DNA of 64,000 nt from Felis catus. Its lineage: Eukaryota. A program made the position numbers and the translations under genes. The stretch lies in NCBI RefSeq assembly GCF_018350175.1, contig NC_058368.1, positions 155,312,001 to 155,376,000 on the forward strand, in the 5' to 3' direction. The notes below the pieces were generated by a model. That model saw only the letters and a program-made list of their open reading frames with translations. It was not told the origin of the DNA and ran no database searches. Shown piece after piece: positions 1-12,196 of this stretch (position 1 is the stretch's first letter; each line of letters starts with the position of its first letter).

Positions 1-10
1 AGGTGCTACT

Positions 11-92
11 CTTTTTTTTTTGTTATTATAAATTATTTTTCTTATTGACGTATAATTGACATAGAACATTTAAGTTTCAGGTGTACAACTGT
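11..92 (-). mobile_element. L1 extreme 3' end fragment (poly-T tail plus terminus)
   Basis: T-run followed by 'tataattgacatagaacatt..gtttcaggtgtacaa', typical of a reverse-complemented L1 3' terminus. Confidence 0.6.
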
Positions 93-99
93 AGATGCT

Positions 100-257
100 A
101 TTATTATACTCATTTTACAGCTGAAAATAATTGAATATTCCCAGTTAAATAAACTTATCCAAGGCCACAAAGGCAGTGTATGGTAGGATTAGGATTCCTA
201 CCCAGGCAGCTTCCCCCCAGAGTCAGCGCTCTGAACCACGAACCATACTACTCTCCC
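100..257 (-). mobile_element. MIR SINE
   Basis: 'cattttacagctgaaaa...aacttatccaaggccaca...cccaggcag...gctctgaaccac' resembles the reverse complement of the MIR core. Confidence 0.8.
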
Positions 258-2066
258 TTCCGATAGTCCTACATCATGACAAGCCAGACTCGGACTCTAA
301 AGTTGGGTTTACTTGGTTTGTTGTGACAAATTGACTTAAAGGGAAACTGTAGTCAATATGGGGAAAGGCACTAAGGAGTATTAAGATAACATCTAGTTAA
401 CCAGGTGGCTAAAATATCGAAATTTATTCCTTGTCTATTCAGTGTGTCATCGGTCACCAGGCATCGCCCACCAAGCTGAGAACTGACTTGGGCTGCCTCT
501 GGATTTCCATATGCCATCCAAATGGCCCTCACTGTATCAACACCCGGAAACAATGCAGTTCTGGAGACATTCTGCCCCTCACTCTCCATTGCATGAACCA
601 ACCATGACGTGTCAACATGTACATGCGCAACTAGAACAAACACATTCTCTCCCTTAATTACACACAAACCAAATCACAAAAATTTTCTTTGGAAGGTACC
701 TTCAAAGAGCCTGGAACTGAATTGATACTATCATCATATAAATACAGTGGATGTAATGTCCTTAGTATCTACCTAGATGAAATAAGGTTACATGTGGAAG
801 GCCCAGCCATTGTGCAGTAAATCAGAGGTACTCAGCAAATGTCACTTCTTTCCTTTGCCCCCTCCTTGATCACATGGCTCTCACATATTTTATTTTACTT
901 CTGAATTGGAGAGTGGAAAGGCATGGTCCTTTTAGAAAAAGCCAGGCGATAGCCCACTGTGAAGGAAACAGATTGGCATTAGGAGTGACAGGGCAGGAAT
1001 GGAGATATTTATAAGGTGCCTCCATTTTATAAAAGGCAGCTTAATTCCACAAGAGAAAAGGAAGGTGAGTGTACATCCACACTTAACACAATATAGCAGA
1101 AAAGATCAGAGACCTATGCAAAAATTTGACACCTATTATAAAACCACCTTGTGCAGGAAGAAACGATGAGTCGTTTGAAAATACTGAGCTTTACTGAGTT
1201 ATTACCAAACTGACCAAAAGCCATAAAAATACCAGAATGACCAAGTACCAGAAAGTGACCCAACTGTACACAGAAAGGTCCAAATAAGCTGATTAAAGAT
1301 GGTTCAGATAACATTCTACTTTTGTCCGAAGCTACGTTATTTGTCCTTAGAGGTTTCAAAATCGATTTCTTGGTTACTGGAGAAACTTAATTTATGCATG
1401 AATGTTTTAATTATATTTTATTTTATAAAAGTCTTCCAGTAATAAGTGAGATGCCCTGTTTTTCTCAGTGACCCTACTAGAAGCAACTCTAATGTCTATG
1501 CTTCTGTGATCTAGTACATCAGAAGGCAAACAATCTAAAAAGAATGAGAAGTTCTCTCTAGCAAAGTGTTTTTCACATTTTTGAAACTCGTGTCCTCCTT
1601 TGAAAGGTACCAAAATCTCATGCTTTCTTTTAATGTTATTTAAAATTCAGAACAAAATGAATCTTGTTATTCTCACTGAATCAAAGCAATGGAACAAAGT
1701 GATATTTTGTTTTCAAACCACACGGTCCCCTGCCTCCACTACGATACTGGAGGTGGTAGTGAAGGGGAAAAATGCCCCCCCCCCCCCCCACCAACTCACT
1801 TCTGTTTGAAGATTCATTGCTCTCATACTCATCCTCAAACACTGCTGGCTCTTACATAAGAAAAATATTCTCATTGACCAAATCTCAAAGTTCCAATCTG
1901 GCTCACTCTGAATGAATACCCATGGTCTTCAAAGAAGCCTAATTAAAGTACTAAGAGAAATATCTTAAATAACTAAATCTTAGCAATTGTACATGAAACT
2001 TTTGCAAGGTATCTGTTAACATTCTAGCTTTTATGAAGCTAGCTCTTACATGTTGCTGGAACATTT

Positions 2067-2863
2067 TAATTTTTGCTGTTTCAAGTTTTTAAATTCTTGT
2101 TAGTTAACATATAGGGTAATATTGGTTTCAGGAGTAGAATTTAGTGATTCATCACTTACATATAACACCCAGTGCTGAACACAACAAGGGCCCTCCTTAA
2201 TGTCCATCACCCATTTAGCCCATTCCCCACCGACCTCCCTTCATCAACCCTCTGTTCTTTATAGTTAAGAGTCTCTTATGGTTTCTCTCCCTCTTTTTTT
2301 CCCTTCCCCTCTGTTTATGCTTGGTTTCTTAAATTCCACCTATGAGTGAAATCATGTGGTATTTTTCTTTCTCCGACTGACATTTCACTTAGCGTAAGAC
2401 AGTGTAGTTCCATCCACATCATTGCAAATGGCAAGATTTCATTCTCTTTGATCACCAAGTAATATTCCATTGTATATATATACCACCTCTTTATTCATTC
2501 ATCAGCTGACGGCATTTGGGCTCTTTTATAGTTTGGCTATTGTTGATAGTGCTGCTATAAACAATAGGGTACATGTGCCCCTTCGAATCAGTATTTTTGT
2601 ATCCTTTATGTACACACTTAATAGTGCAATTGCTGGGTCAGAGGGTAGATCTGTTTTTCACTTTTTGAGGAATTTCCATACTGTTTTCCAGAGTGCCTGC
2701 ACCAGTTTGCATTCCCACCAACCATGTAAGAATATTCTCCTTTCTCCACATCCTCACCAACACCTGTTGTTTCCTGTGTTATTAATTTTAGCCATTCTGA
2801 CAGGTGTGAGGTGGTAATTCATTGTGGTTTTGATTTGTATTTCCCTGATGAGAAGTGATGTTG
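2067..2863 (-). mobile_element. 5'-truncated carnivore L1 (3' UTR plus ORF2 end) with 16-bp TSD
   Basis: L1 3' UTR motifs 'gattcatcacttacatataacacccagtgct' and 'ttagccattctgacaggtgtgaggtgg'; TSD tgttgctggaacattt at 2051-2066 and 2864-2879. Confidence 0.93.
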
Positions 2864-3029
2864 TGTTGCTGGAACATTTCATAGGTCATCATTTCCTGTC
2901 ATTATCTGGATTTAGACTTTTTTTTTTTTTTTTTTTTTTTGGTTTCACACTTAACACATTAATGCCTCTTGTGAGCTACCGCCATTTATTGACATGGAAT
3001 GAGAAGACACTCTGGAACTGTGGAAGGTT

Positions 3030-3270
3030 CCAAAGGCCTGTGACAGATACACCAAAGTTCAAATCCTGAAACTGCTGCTGACTGTCCACGTGATCTTTGG
3101 CATGTTCCTTAACCTCTCCAGGCCTCAGTTTTCACATCAGCAAAAGGAGTTTGGTAATTTCCATCCCCCAGGACTACTGTGAGAGTTAAAAAATATACAT
3201 TTAAAGCCCCCCTTGCACAGTACCTGGCACACAGCAGGTACTTAGCATAATTCTTTACTATATAATAAAA
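3030..3270 (+). mobile_element. MIR SINE
   Basis: 'gttcaaatcctg...cttaacctctccaggcctcagttttcacatc...cagtacctggcacacagcaggtact'. Confidence 0.85.
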
Positions 3271-4804
3271 AAAATTATTAGCACTATGATTTTTAGTACT
3301 AAATGATATTGAATATTTCTTTAAGAAAAGGAAAAGAGTTTGAGTTTTTAAAATGGAAAGTATTATGTGTCTAGATTTCATGAAATTTGATCTTTACTAT
3401 CATAATAGTGATCATTTTGAATGAAATTGAGATACTGTTACCTAGGCAATACCCAAAAGCGAATTCCCCAAGACAGAGTGAAAAGAGATGCAAACGTTAC
3501 TTCAATAATTACCAATTTGTTTCCAAATGCTAGTTTTCTTGTCACATCATATAAATTAACCACAGTGTGCCTGCCACCAGTATATCAAATCTTTCTATTT
3601 TCCAATATATCAACTAAAGTTAATTTGAAACAGTTATCTATGATTATCAAGACACCACCAGCTTCAGAAACTCTGATCTTTTCCATTTTAGCTCCTCCAC
3701 TCACATGGTGTAGTCTCTCATTGGTAGTGGGGGAACCCGCCCTTCTTACCCTCATCCACAGGCAGTCATGCTCTGCTCAAGAGCAAGGCATGAAACTCCC
3801 ATTGGAAAAGCAGGATTCTGCAATTCCACCCCACAAAGTACTAAAAACACACGGAGTTACAGAGTAGAATCTAACTGTTTTAACCAGTGAGAAAATTTTA
3901 AGTGACAATTTCTTATCAAACCAGATAAACTCTCATCAAGCCCATGTTCACATATTGCCAAAAGGCCCAGAAGAAAAATGACAAACACAATCATCTCAAT
4001 ATTTTACTATTTAGGAAATTAATCACTGTATGGCAAAAAAAAAAAATCACTCTGTTCCATGCTAACAGAGAATATCATATGGGTAATGAAAAAGCATGCT
4101 ACCATTTGATTAAAACACAATGGTGAAATAAATACCAGCAGTTTCTCTTAGGATTTAGAGTTTGACATATGTGAAAGTTCCTGGCATAGTACCTACCCAA
4201 CACAACTGCCTAACAGAGAATATTGAATACCAGCCCAAATTTATCTTGAACCTGCTATTCTGTGTCTGATGTGTCAATTTATTTGATTAATCTTATAGCT
4301 ATCCAAATAGTTTCCTTAATATTCTGGTAAGAACCTCTCCATATTCTTGTGCTCTGAAAAGAAAAGAACTCTCAGAATAAGAATGCAATGAAGTTTTCAC
4401 ATTTTGGTATAAACCAGTAACAGATATGCAATTTCTTATGAATGTTCATGGAATCAGAAATGTACTGGATGCTTTGAACTCGATCTCAGCTCAGCAATGC
4501 ATCTAAAATAAAAATCTAAGTATAAAAAGCACTAAAAAATAATGGTAGTTTTTACTGTGGGTCTGGAGTTAGTAGCAGGGGAGAACTGCATTGCATAATA
4601 TTCAGCAAGACCTACTTCCTTAAAAATATTAACATTCCCCAAAGTTACATACAAAGGCAGCCCTCCTTTCTCTCTACCAGTGCCCCCACACTACTCCCCA
4701 ATCTTACCCCTGTGCTAATTCTCTTCACGCATTTACCTCTCTCTCCCCTCTTTTATACTCTTCAGAAGAGAACAAAAAGGGAAAATTGCAAAACTGTCCT
4801 AAGC

Positions 4805-5070
4805 TTTCTTGTCTGAAATCCTTGGGGTTACATACATTCTGAACTCAGAACTTTCCAGATTCTAAGGTTCATATAATGCATATACTGCATATTATATTCA
4901 GGGAATGGAGAGTACCCTAAAATCAAACCCATTAATAATTTGGCAGTGGAATATGTGAATATTCATATTTGGTGAGATAAATATATATCATACGTAAGAC
5001 TATTCAAGCTCAGGGCAGGTTTTGGACCAAATAGATTTGACAGAAAGAAAGAGAACTTTTTGTTTTCAGA
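4805..5070. mobile_element. MER46C-like TcMar-Tigger DNA transposon fossil
   Basis: 'gaaatccttgggg...aatcaaacccattaata...tgaatattca...gggcaggttttggaccaaat...ttgttttcaga' follows the MER46C consensus as I recall it. Confidence 0.7.
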
Positions 5071-5184
5071 AACAAATCTATACTTTTAAGTTAATATTTT
5101 TTTCTTTTATTCCTATCACATATAATTTTATTAACAGCCAACTAAAATGTTTAATAATGATTGAATTGTGTTGGCAAAGGATGG

Positions 5185-5650
5185 GTGATTCACTGAGCAC
5201 CCACTAGGTGCTGAGGACTACTCTAGGCTCTGTATCCGCTGAACAAAGCAGATCAAAGTCCTGCTGTCATGGAGCTTGCTTATATTCTGGGGAAGGTGGG
5301 GGTAGGGACAGATAATAAACAAACAAGCAAATGAAAATACAATCTGAGATCCAGTGGTTAAAAATGCAATGAAAAAAGATAATAATAAACCAAAGAAAAG
5401 GCCTAACGAGTGACAGAGGGTGGAGGGATGGCCAAGGAAAGCCTTTCTGGGGAGGCAGAACTTGAATGGAGATGAAAGGCATAATTGAGCCAGCCTTGTG
5501 ACTTTCTGCAAGAAGAGTATTGCAGGCTGAGGAGACAGCAAAGCGCAAAGTCAAGGGTAAGGCAGAGAGAGGGTAGGGTGCTGTTTGAGGATGCCAGTGT
5601 GGTAGAGTACCCCGATGGACTGAGACAAGGGAAGTGAAGTCAGAAGAAAA
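5185..5650 (-). mobile_element. L2 LINE 3' region
   Basis: 'attcactgagcacccactaggtgc...tgaacaaagcagatcaaagtcctgctgtcatggagctt' resembles a reverse-complemented L2 3' end. Confidence 0.75.
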
Positions 5651-6469
5651 ATGTAGGATGTAGGCATGGTTCTAAAAATTCAAAAAAGGCGGAATGGGAC
5701 AGGTGACCAGAGCCACCATTGACCACAGATGACAGGAGGCAGATAGCCAGACAATGATGGTGAGTAAGAGTTATGAGTCAGGCAGGGAAGAGAATGAGGT
5801 CAGCAAGGGGCCGCCATGCTGCCAAAAGGCTGTGCCAAAACTCTAAACAAGCACAGTGGGGCAATGCAGGAAGGCAGGAGAGCAGGCAGCAGAGGGCAGA
5901 GCCCAGGTCTTGAGAAGAACAGTGGGACAGAGTGAACAGACACAACTCATGGAGCTGTCAATCAAGGTGAAGCCCTGGCTAAAGGACAAGGAAGAATCCA
6001 TTGCTCAAAGGTGAGGTCTCAAGCAAAACAGGTCTGGCAGCCTGGGGGAAATTAATGCTGAATACTTACTGTCCTCCTAAACAGAGCTGGGATCAGTTCT
6101 CCCAGCTGGGGAAGGGCCCAGACAGGTGGGAAGTGGGATCATTACAAACAGGCCCTCCTACTTCTGAATTCATGGGTCAAGTTTCTTAAAAATTTACTCT
6201 TCCACACACCTAAACAGTCCTAAAACAGTCTTAGAGTGCTAAAACGATCAGAAAAATGCTCTGCATCCACTTATGAACAATGATATTCGGTAACAAGGGA
6301 AGGAAACAGCTGTGGTAGTAATATAGAAAGAAGGATCGATCTTTGGAAAGAGTATGCTGCTCCATAATAGACGAAAATGGGAAGAAAAACACTTGCCAGG
6401 TCAGAGGAATAATGATGTTCCATGACCATTGTTAGTAATGATAGTAAGAAAGTGACCATGGCAATGATC

Positions 6470-6560
6470 ATTAACTTCCATTTATTGAATTATCACTATT
6501 TGCCAGGCACAGTACTAGGCACTTCACATATGCCTTCCAAACCTCACAGCCATGGAGGTA
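6470..6560 (-). mobile_element. MIR fragment
   Basis: 'catttattgaattatcactatttgccaggcacagtactaggcacttcacat'. Confidence 0.65.
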
Positions 6561-6989
6561 TTAGACGGACAGATAGATGGTGTTATTCTTGTGTTTTTTG
6601 CTGGCTGCTGGCACTTTGAGTGTAGATACAATTAAGAAGTAAGACCCAAGGATCACACCAATGTTTACTAAAATGCCCGCTTTAATCTTGAAAAATGAAA
6701 TTAGAAAACTTGACTTGGATTTGCTGTCAAATGAGTTTCTTAATTTATCTCCCCCAAAGGGAACCTTCCTCCACAAACATAAGATCTATTTCTGTCAACT
6801 TGGTCCAAAGTAGAAAAAGAAAAAATGGATACCTGCATTCTGCATGAAAGGAAGAGAAAGAGGTCAAAAAAACTATTCACTTAATAAATGATTCCTTGTC
6901 CCAATGGGAAAAGTGAGAAAGGGACAGGACAAAAGAGAAGGACAAATTACCTCCTTTGTATGGAAGAGTGAGGAATAATAAAAATTTTG

Positions 6990-7140
6990 GTCTTATTATC
7001 CATACTTTACAGACTAGCCAACTACAGTTCTAAAGTGTAGATAACTAACTAGTCCGGGCCATAAAGCTAGGAGGAAAAAAGAATTCAGCATTTGAATTCA
7101 GTTCAGTCTGACTCAGAAATCCTAACTTTTTGTACTATAT
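6990..7140 (-). mobile_element. MIR fragment
   Basis: 'tattatccatactttacaga...atttgaattcagttcagtctgactcag'. Confidence 0.6.
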
Positions 7141-7161
7141 CATTTAAGAAATTAACTTATA

Positions 7162-8631
7162 GGAAAAAAAAATCCTAAAATTTGTATGGAACCACAAAAG
7201 ATCCTGAATAGGAAAAGTAATCCCAAGTAAGAAGAACAAATCTAGAGGCATCACATGTCCCAACTTCAAACTATATTACAAAGCTCTAGTGATCAAAACA
7301 GTATGGTACTGGCATTAAAAATAGACACAGATCAATGGAATCGAATCAAGGGTACAGAAATAAATTCAGACATATATGGTCAACTAATATTTGACAGGAG
7401 AGCCAAGAATAGTCAATAGAGAAAAGGGTTTCTTCCATAATGGTGCTGGGAAAATTGGATATTCACATGTAAAATAATGAAACTAGACCCCTATCTTATA
7501 CCACTCACAAAGAATAACTAGATATGGACTAAAGACTTAAATGCAAGACTGAAACCATAAAACTCCTAAAAAAAAATAAGAAAAAGTCTTGACATTAATC
7601 TCAGCAATCATTTTTGGATATGACACCTACAGCACAACAAAATAAAAAATAAATACATTGGACTACATCAGAGTAAATAGCTTCTGCAAAGCAAAAGAAA
7701 CAATCAACAAAATGAACAGGAAACCTACAGAATGGAAGAAAAAATTTGCAAACCCTACATCTTGGTAAGGGGTTAATATCTAAAATATATAAGGAACTCA
7801 TATAACTGAATAGCAAAAACAAAACAAAAAATCCAATTTAAAAATGAGCAGCGGATATGAATAGACATTTTTCCAAAGAAGATACGCAGATGGCCAACAG
7901 GTACATGAAAAGGTGCTCAACATCAGTAACCATTAAGGAAATGCAACTCAAAACCACAATAAGATATAACCTCACACCTCTTAGAATGGCTATCACCATC
8001 ACCAAAAAGATAAGAGATAATAAGTGTTAGCAAGGATGTGGAGAAAAGGGATCCCTTATACATTGTTGGTGGAATGTAAATTGGTACAGCCGCTGTGGCA
8101 AACAGCATGGAGAGTCCTGAAAAAATTAAAAATACAACTACCACATGATGCAGCAACTCCACTTCCGGGTACACATACAAAGGAAATGTAAGTATCCCAA
8201 AGAAATATCTGCACCCTCACATTCACTGTAGCTTTACTTACAGTAGCCAAGACATGGAAACAACCTAAGTGTCTATCAAGAGATGAATGGATAAAGAAAA
8301 TGTCATGTATAGATGTAGTGAAATATCATTTGGCCATAAAAAAGAAGGAAATCCTGCCATTTTTCACAATGTGAATGGGCTTTGTGGGCTTTATTTCAAG
8401 TGAATTAATTCAAAGACAAATATTCTATGATCTCCCTTCTATAGGGAATCTAAAACAACGGGGTGCCTGGGTGGCTCAGTCAGTTAAGTGTCCAATTTGC
8501 GATTTCGGCTCAGGTCATTATCTCATGGCTCATGAGTTTGAACCAAACATAGGGCTCTGTGCTGATGGTACAAAGCCTGCTTAGGATTCTCTCTCTCTCT
8601 CTCCCTCTCTCTCTCTTCCCCTCCCCTGTTT

Positions 8632-8676
<45 letters not shown>

Positions 8677-9100
8677 ATAAATAAACTTTAAAAAATAAAT
8701 AAAATACTAATTTTTTTAATTTAAAAAACTGAATTTATGGAAAAAGAGAACAGATTGGTGGTTGCCAGAGACAGGGGATGAAGGGTAGGGATTTAAATAG
8801 AGATGGTCAAAATGTACGACTTCCAGTCATAATAAAAATAAATTATGGGAATGTAATGTATGCATGGTGATACAGTTAAAAATACTGTATTATATGTTTG
8901 AAAGTTGCTAAAAGAATAAATCTTAAAAGTTCTCATCACAAGAAAAAAAATTTCTATAACTACATGAAGTGAAGGATGTTTAACTAAACTTGTGTACTCA
9001 TTTCACAATTTACACATAGATCATGTTGTACACCTTAAACTGGTACAATGTTATATGGAAATTATATCTCAATAAAACTGGAAAAAATCAAAATTTAAAA
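7162..9100 (+). mobile_element. 5'-truncated L1 (L1MA-like), degenerate ORF2 3' half plus 3' UTR
   Basis: ORF2 motifs 'ctaaaatttgtatggaaccacaaaag' and 'tggtgctgggaaaattgg'; terminus 'tatctcaataaaactggaaaaaa'; flanking direct repeat attaacttata at 7151-7161 and 9105-9115. Confidence 0.93.
8460..8717 (+). mobile_element. Can-SINE nested in L1 3' UTR
   Basis: tRNA-derived head 'ggggtgcctgggtggctcagtc', (CT)n tract and A-rich tail. Confidence 0.95.
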
Positions 9101-9169
9101 GGACATTAACTTATATTTTTATTTCTTACAAAAGTAACATAGGATCACTGTACAGAATACATACAAATT

Positions 9170-9388
9170 GGGGCGCCTGGGTGGCTCAGCCAATTAAGCG
9201 GCTGACTTCGGTTCAGGGTATGATCTCACAGTTCGTGAGTTCGAGCCCCGCATCAGGCTCTGTGCTGACAGCTCAGGGCCTGCAGCCTGCTTCAGATTCT
9301 GTGTCTCCCTCTTCTCTCTTCCCCTCCCCCACTCACATTCTGTCTCTCACTCTCTCAAAAATAACATTAAAAGAAGTTTTTTTAAAAA
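9170..9388 (+). mobile_element. Can-SINE (felid type) with 16-bp TSD
   Basis: Head 'ggggcgcctgggtggctcag'; TSD agaatacatacaaatt at 9154-9169 and 9389-9404. Confidence 0.96.
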
Positions 9389-12132
9389 AGAATACATACA
9401 AATTAAGAAAAAGAAAATTAAGAACATCCATAATCACCCATACCCTCTGTGAATACTTTGGTATAGAGCTTTCCAGCCTTTAAATTAGATGTCCTATCTG
9501 TGATCAGGCTTGAACTAGGTTATTACTAGGAAATTTCTGAGGGAGTTGGATGATAAGAATTGTCAGGGTGACAGGGCTCAGGACTCAAGAGAATAAAGCT
9601 AGTAAGTAGTTCCTACAGACTCCTGAGACACACGAGTCTTCAACATCTGTCTACCAGAAGTCAGCTCTCACCTCAGCAAAGCCAGAATCCAATGCCCTCT
9701 CGTGTTTGCTCCACCTGGATATCTGACTGAGGTCCCTCCCTTCCTCTGGCACCTGAAGTCGGAAAGCTGCCTCATCCATCATAGTCCTTTTTGTTTCCAA
9801 GGCCTCATACCTGTGCTCTTGCTCCTTGGCCATTCCTCCTCATCTCCCCAGATGACTGGTTGCTGGCAATTGCCTACTTTTGGACTACTTCCTGATTTGG
9901 ACATCTGGAATTGGAGGCTCCCCTTGTCTTAAATGTTTACCTGGCTTCCAGCTCACTGCTTGCTTTAATTCTCATTCTTTTGTTGCTTCCATGGATAATT
10001 CTAATACCTGGCTTTCAGAACTAGGACATTCCCATTCCAGCCTGCTATTTCTCAAAACCAGGTTTTACCCAGACTCTACCCCTTCCTTGAAGGTACCTAC
10101 CATCTATCCAGACTTTTATCCAGATCTGGATTTCACATTCCCAATGCCCATTCAACACCCATAATCAACAGCTGTTAATGTCCCCAGATAGATGCCACTC
10201 TTTCCCATTTTTTACCAACAGCCTGATTAGAAACAAAGGATTGAAGACCTTTCCAAACTCATATAGCTTATACAGTAACTTGTTCTTATTGGAAAGTGGC
10301 ATCTGTTGCCTATCACCAAAAGGTGAAGTCAGACCACTGCTTCCCACTGCATCTTGGTATCTGAGATGCCAAGGAAAACACAATGCAGTCAGGCACCAGA
10401 GGGAACAACATTTTACTCACATAAAGAAGAGACAGAGTAAGCTCAGCTTCATTGGTCCTTCATGGCCATGGTTACTCCTGACAGCTGCAAGGCCATTGGC
10501 CTGCAAACACCCATCTTGTGCCATAGAATGAAGGACCCTGTCCCCTCCCCTCACGGAAAAGATATAGCCATATGACACACACACACTAAGCAGAACTAAG
10601 GAGTATATACTGAGTCTGAAACAGGAAAAGATGTGCCCACATAAGGCGACCATGTCAACACAGGCTGTGAGGACTCTTTATCTCTTGGTAAGTCAAGTTC
10701 CAGGCCCATAGCCCATTCCCCTGCAGATGAGGGCAATTCTAAAGACTACACACAAAAAACTGCCTTTCCCAACAGTCCCACTCTCAGAGCTACTCTACTT
10801 AGAAATAGTGTGATCTATAAACATGTTATCATTCCTCTTCAAATAGCAATATAAATGTATCTCATAAGTGCAATATTTTTATAAGATATGGATTTAAAGA
10901 ATGCTTTCTTCTGAATTCATTTTCAGCACCAACTCTGTGTGATAATAGATTCTCTTAAAGTTACCTGAGGCCATATCTTCCCCTCTTCCTGAAAATAAAC
11001 CACCAACTTGGCATGAGACCATAACTCAAGTGTTTTAGACTGTCATTTACAAGACAATAAACATTAAATGGAATAGATCTTAGTGGACAAATTAGAATGA
11101 TCAGAATTAGAATGATTATATTAGAGTCAAATCAGCCAATTAAATTAGAATTACTGATTTGGAAAATTAGCTATAAAAAAAGGTTCGCATCAGTCCCTTC
11201 ATTTCGAACTTGACTAAAATGTCCACAAGTTTTCTAGAAAGAATTTGAAGAACCAGTCCCTAAGCCCACACCATGACTACATTCATTATGATTGCCATGG
11301 CAATGAAGAACTCTTCTGTTGGGCATTTCTAGCTAAAAGCAAATAGGTAGCCAATGCACATAGACTGCCCTCCTTCTGAGACATGTTTTCATCCTGACAG
11401 CAAGGGAGATTAGACCACAGGATTTCAATCCAAGTGGAAGAGGGGATGAGTCTTGAATTCCCTCACTGTCTAAATGTTCAGATTCATGTGGCTTTGGGAT
11501 GTGTACCAAAGATTTTAAGAAACTTGGAAAAGCTCATCAAACCACTAGAACGTACTTTATCTTAAATTCACTTTTGAAATCACTTCTGGTAACTTCACGA
11601 AACAGGAACATCTTAAAACCTGCTATATACAAGCGCATATAATTAGGTAAGTACCAGATTTGTTCAGACTGTAGCAGAATAAATGAATAACATGATTGCA
11701 CTGAGTAAGCACCTTGCTTATTAAAGCCTTGGTCCCTGAAACATCCCCAGCAGTGTAACTATCTCCAGCATCTAAGTGTTAGCAAGGAGCTAAAAACACA
11801 AGTTTGTGAAACCAGTGAAGAATCAAAGATCTTTGAAATCTAGCAGGAGATTGATTTGTCCTAAGGCACCACTGAATCAAGCTGAAGAAGGACCTCAAGA
11901 AATACATTTATCACTACTGCAGTGTTCTTTTTAAGCCACACCCACCCTGACTGAAGAGACAGGCAAAGTGGATCTCTAGAAAATCATATGGTCTTCCAGG
12001 CCACGAAAGTGGCCCTTGTCCCATTATCTAACACCAAAACATCACATTCACCCACATAGTGGGGACTGATATAAAAAAGAGGCTCTTTGTGGCACACAAA
12101 AAAAGAGAGAGATTGGGGGCGGGGGGGAGGCA

Positions 12133-12144
12133 GAGACAGAGAGA

Positions 12145-12193
<49 letters not shown>
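12133..12193. repeat. (GA)n microsatellite
   Basis: Direct reading of the sequence. Confidence 0.95.

Positions 12194-12196
<3 letters not shown>

Noticed and set aside
3421..3867. 148-aa ATG-initiated ORF
   Set aside because: No recognisable domain, no supporting exon structure, and composition typical of chance ORFs in non-coding DNA
8460..8540. tRNA-like A/B-box sequences in SINE heads
   Set aside because: They are tRNA-derived SINE promoters without a full cloverleaf; not tRNA genes
9181..9483. Family of similar ORFs (MAQ..KRLTS.Q.MISQ..SSSPASGSVLTAQ) at 9181, 26835, 44731, 62321 and 63093
   Set aside because: All are translations of Can-SINE bodies, not a gene family
10517..10527. tatggcac on the minus strand, equal to the first 8 nt of miR-183
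   Set aside because: The remaining sequence does not match miR-183, and an 8-mer match is expected by chance
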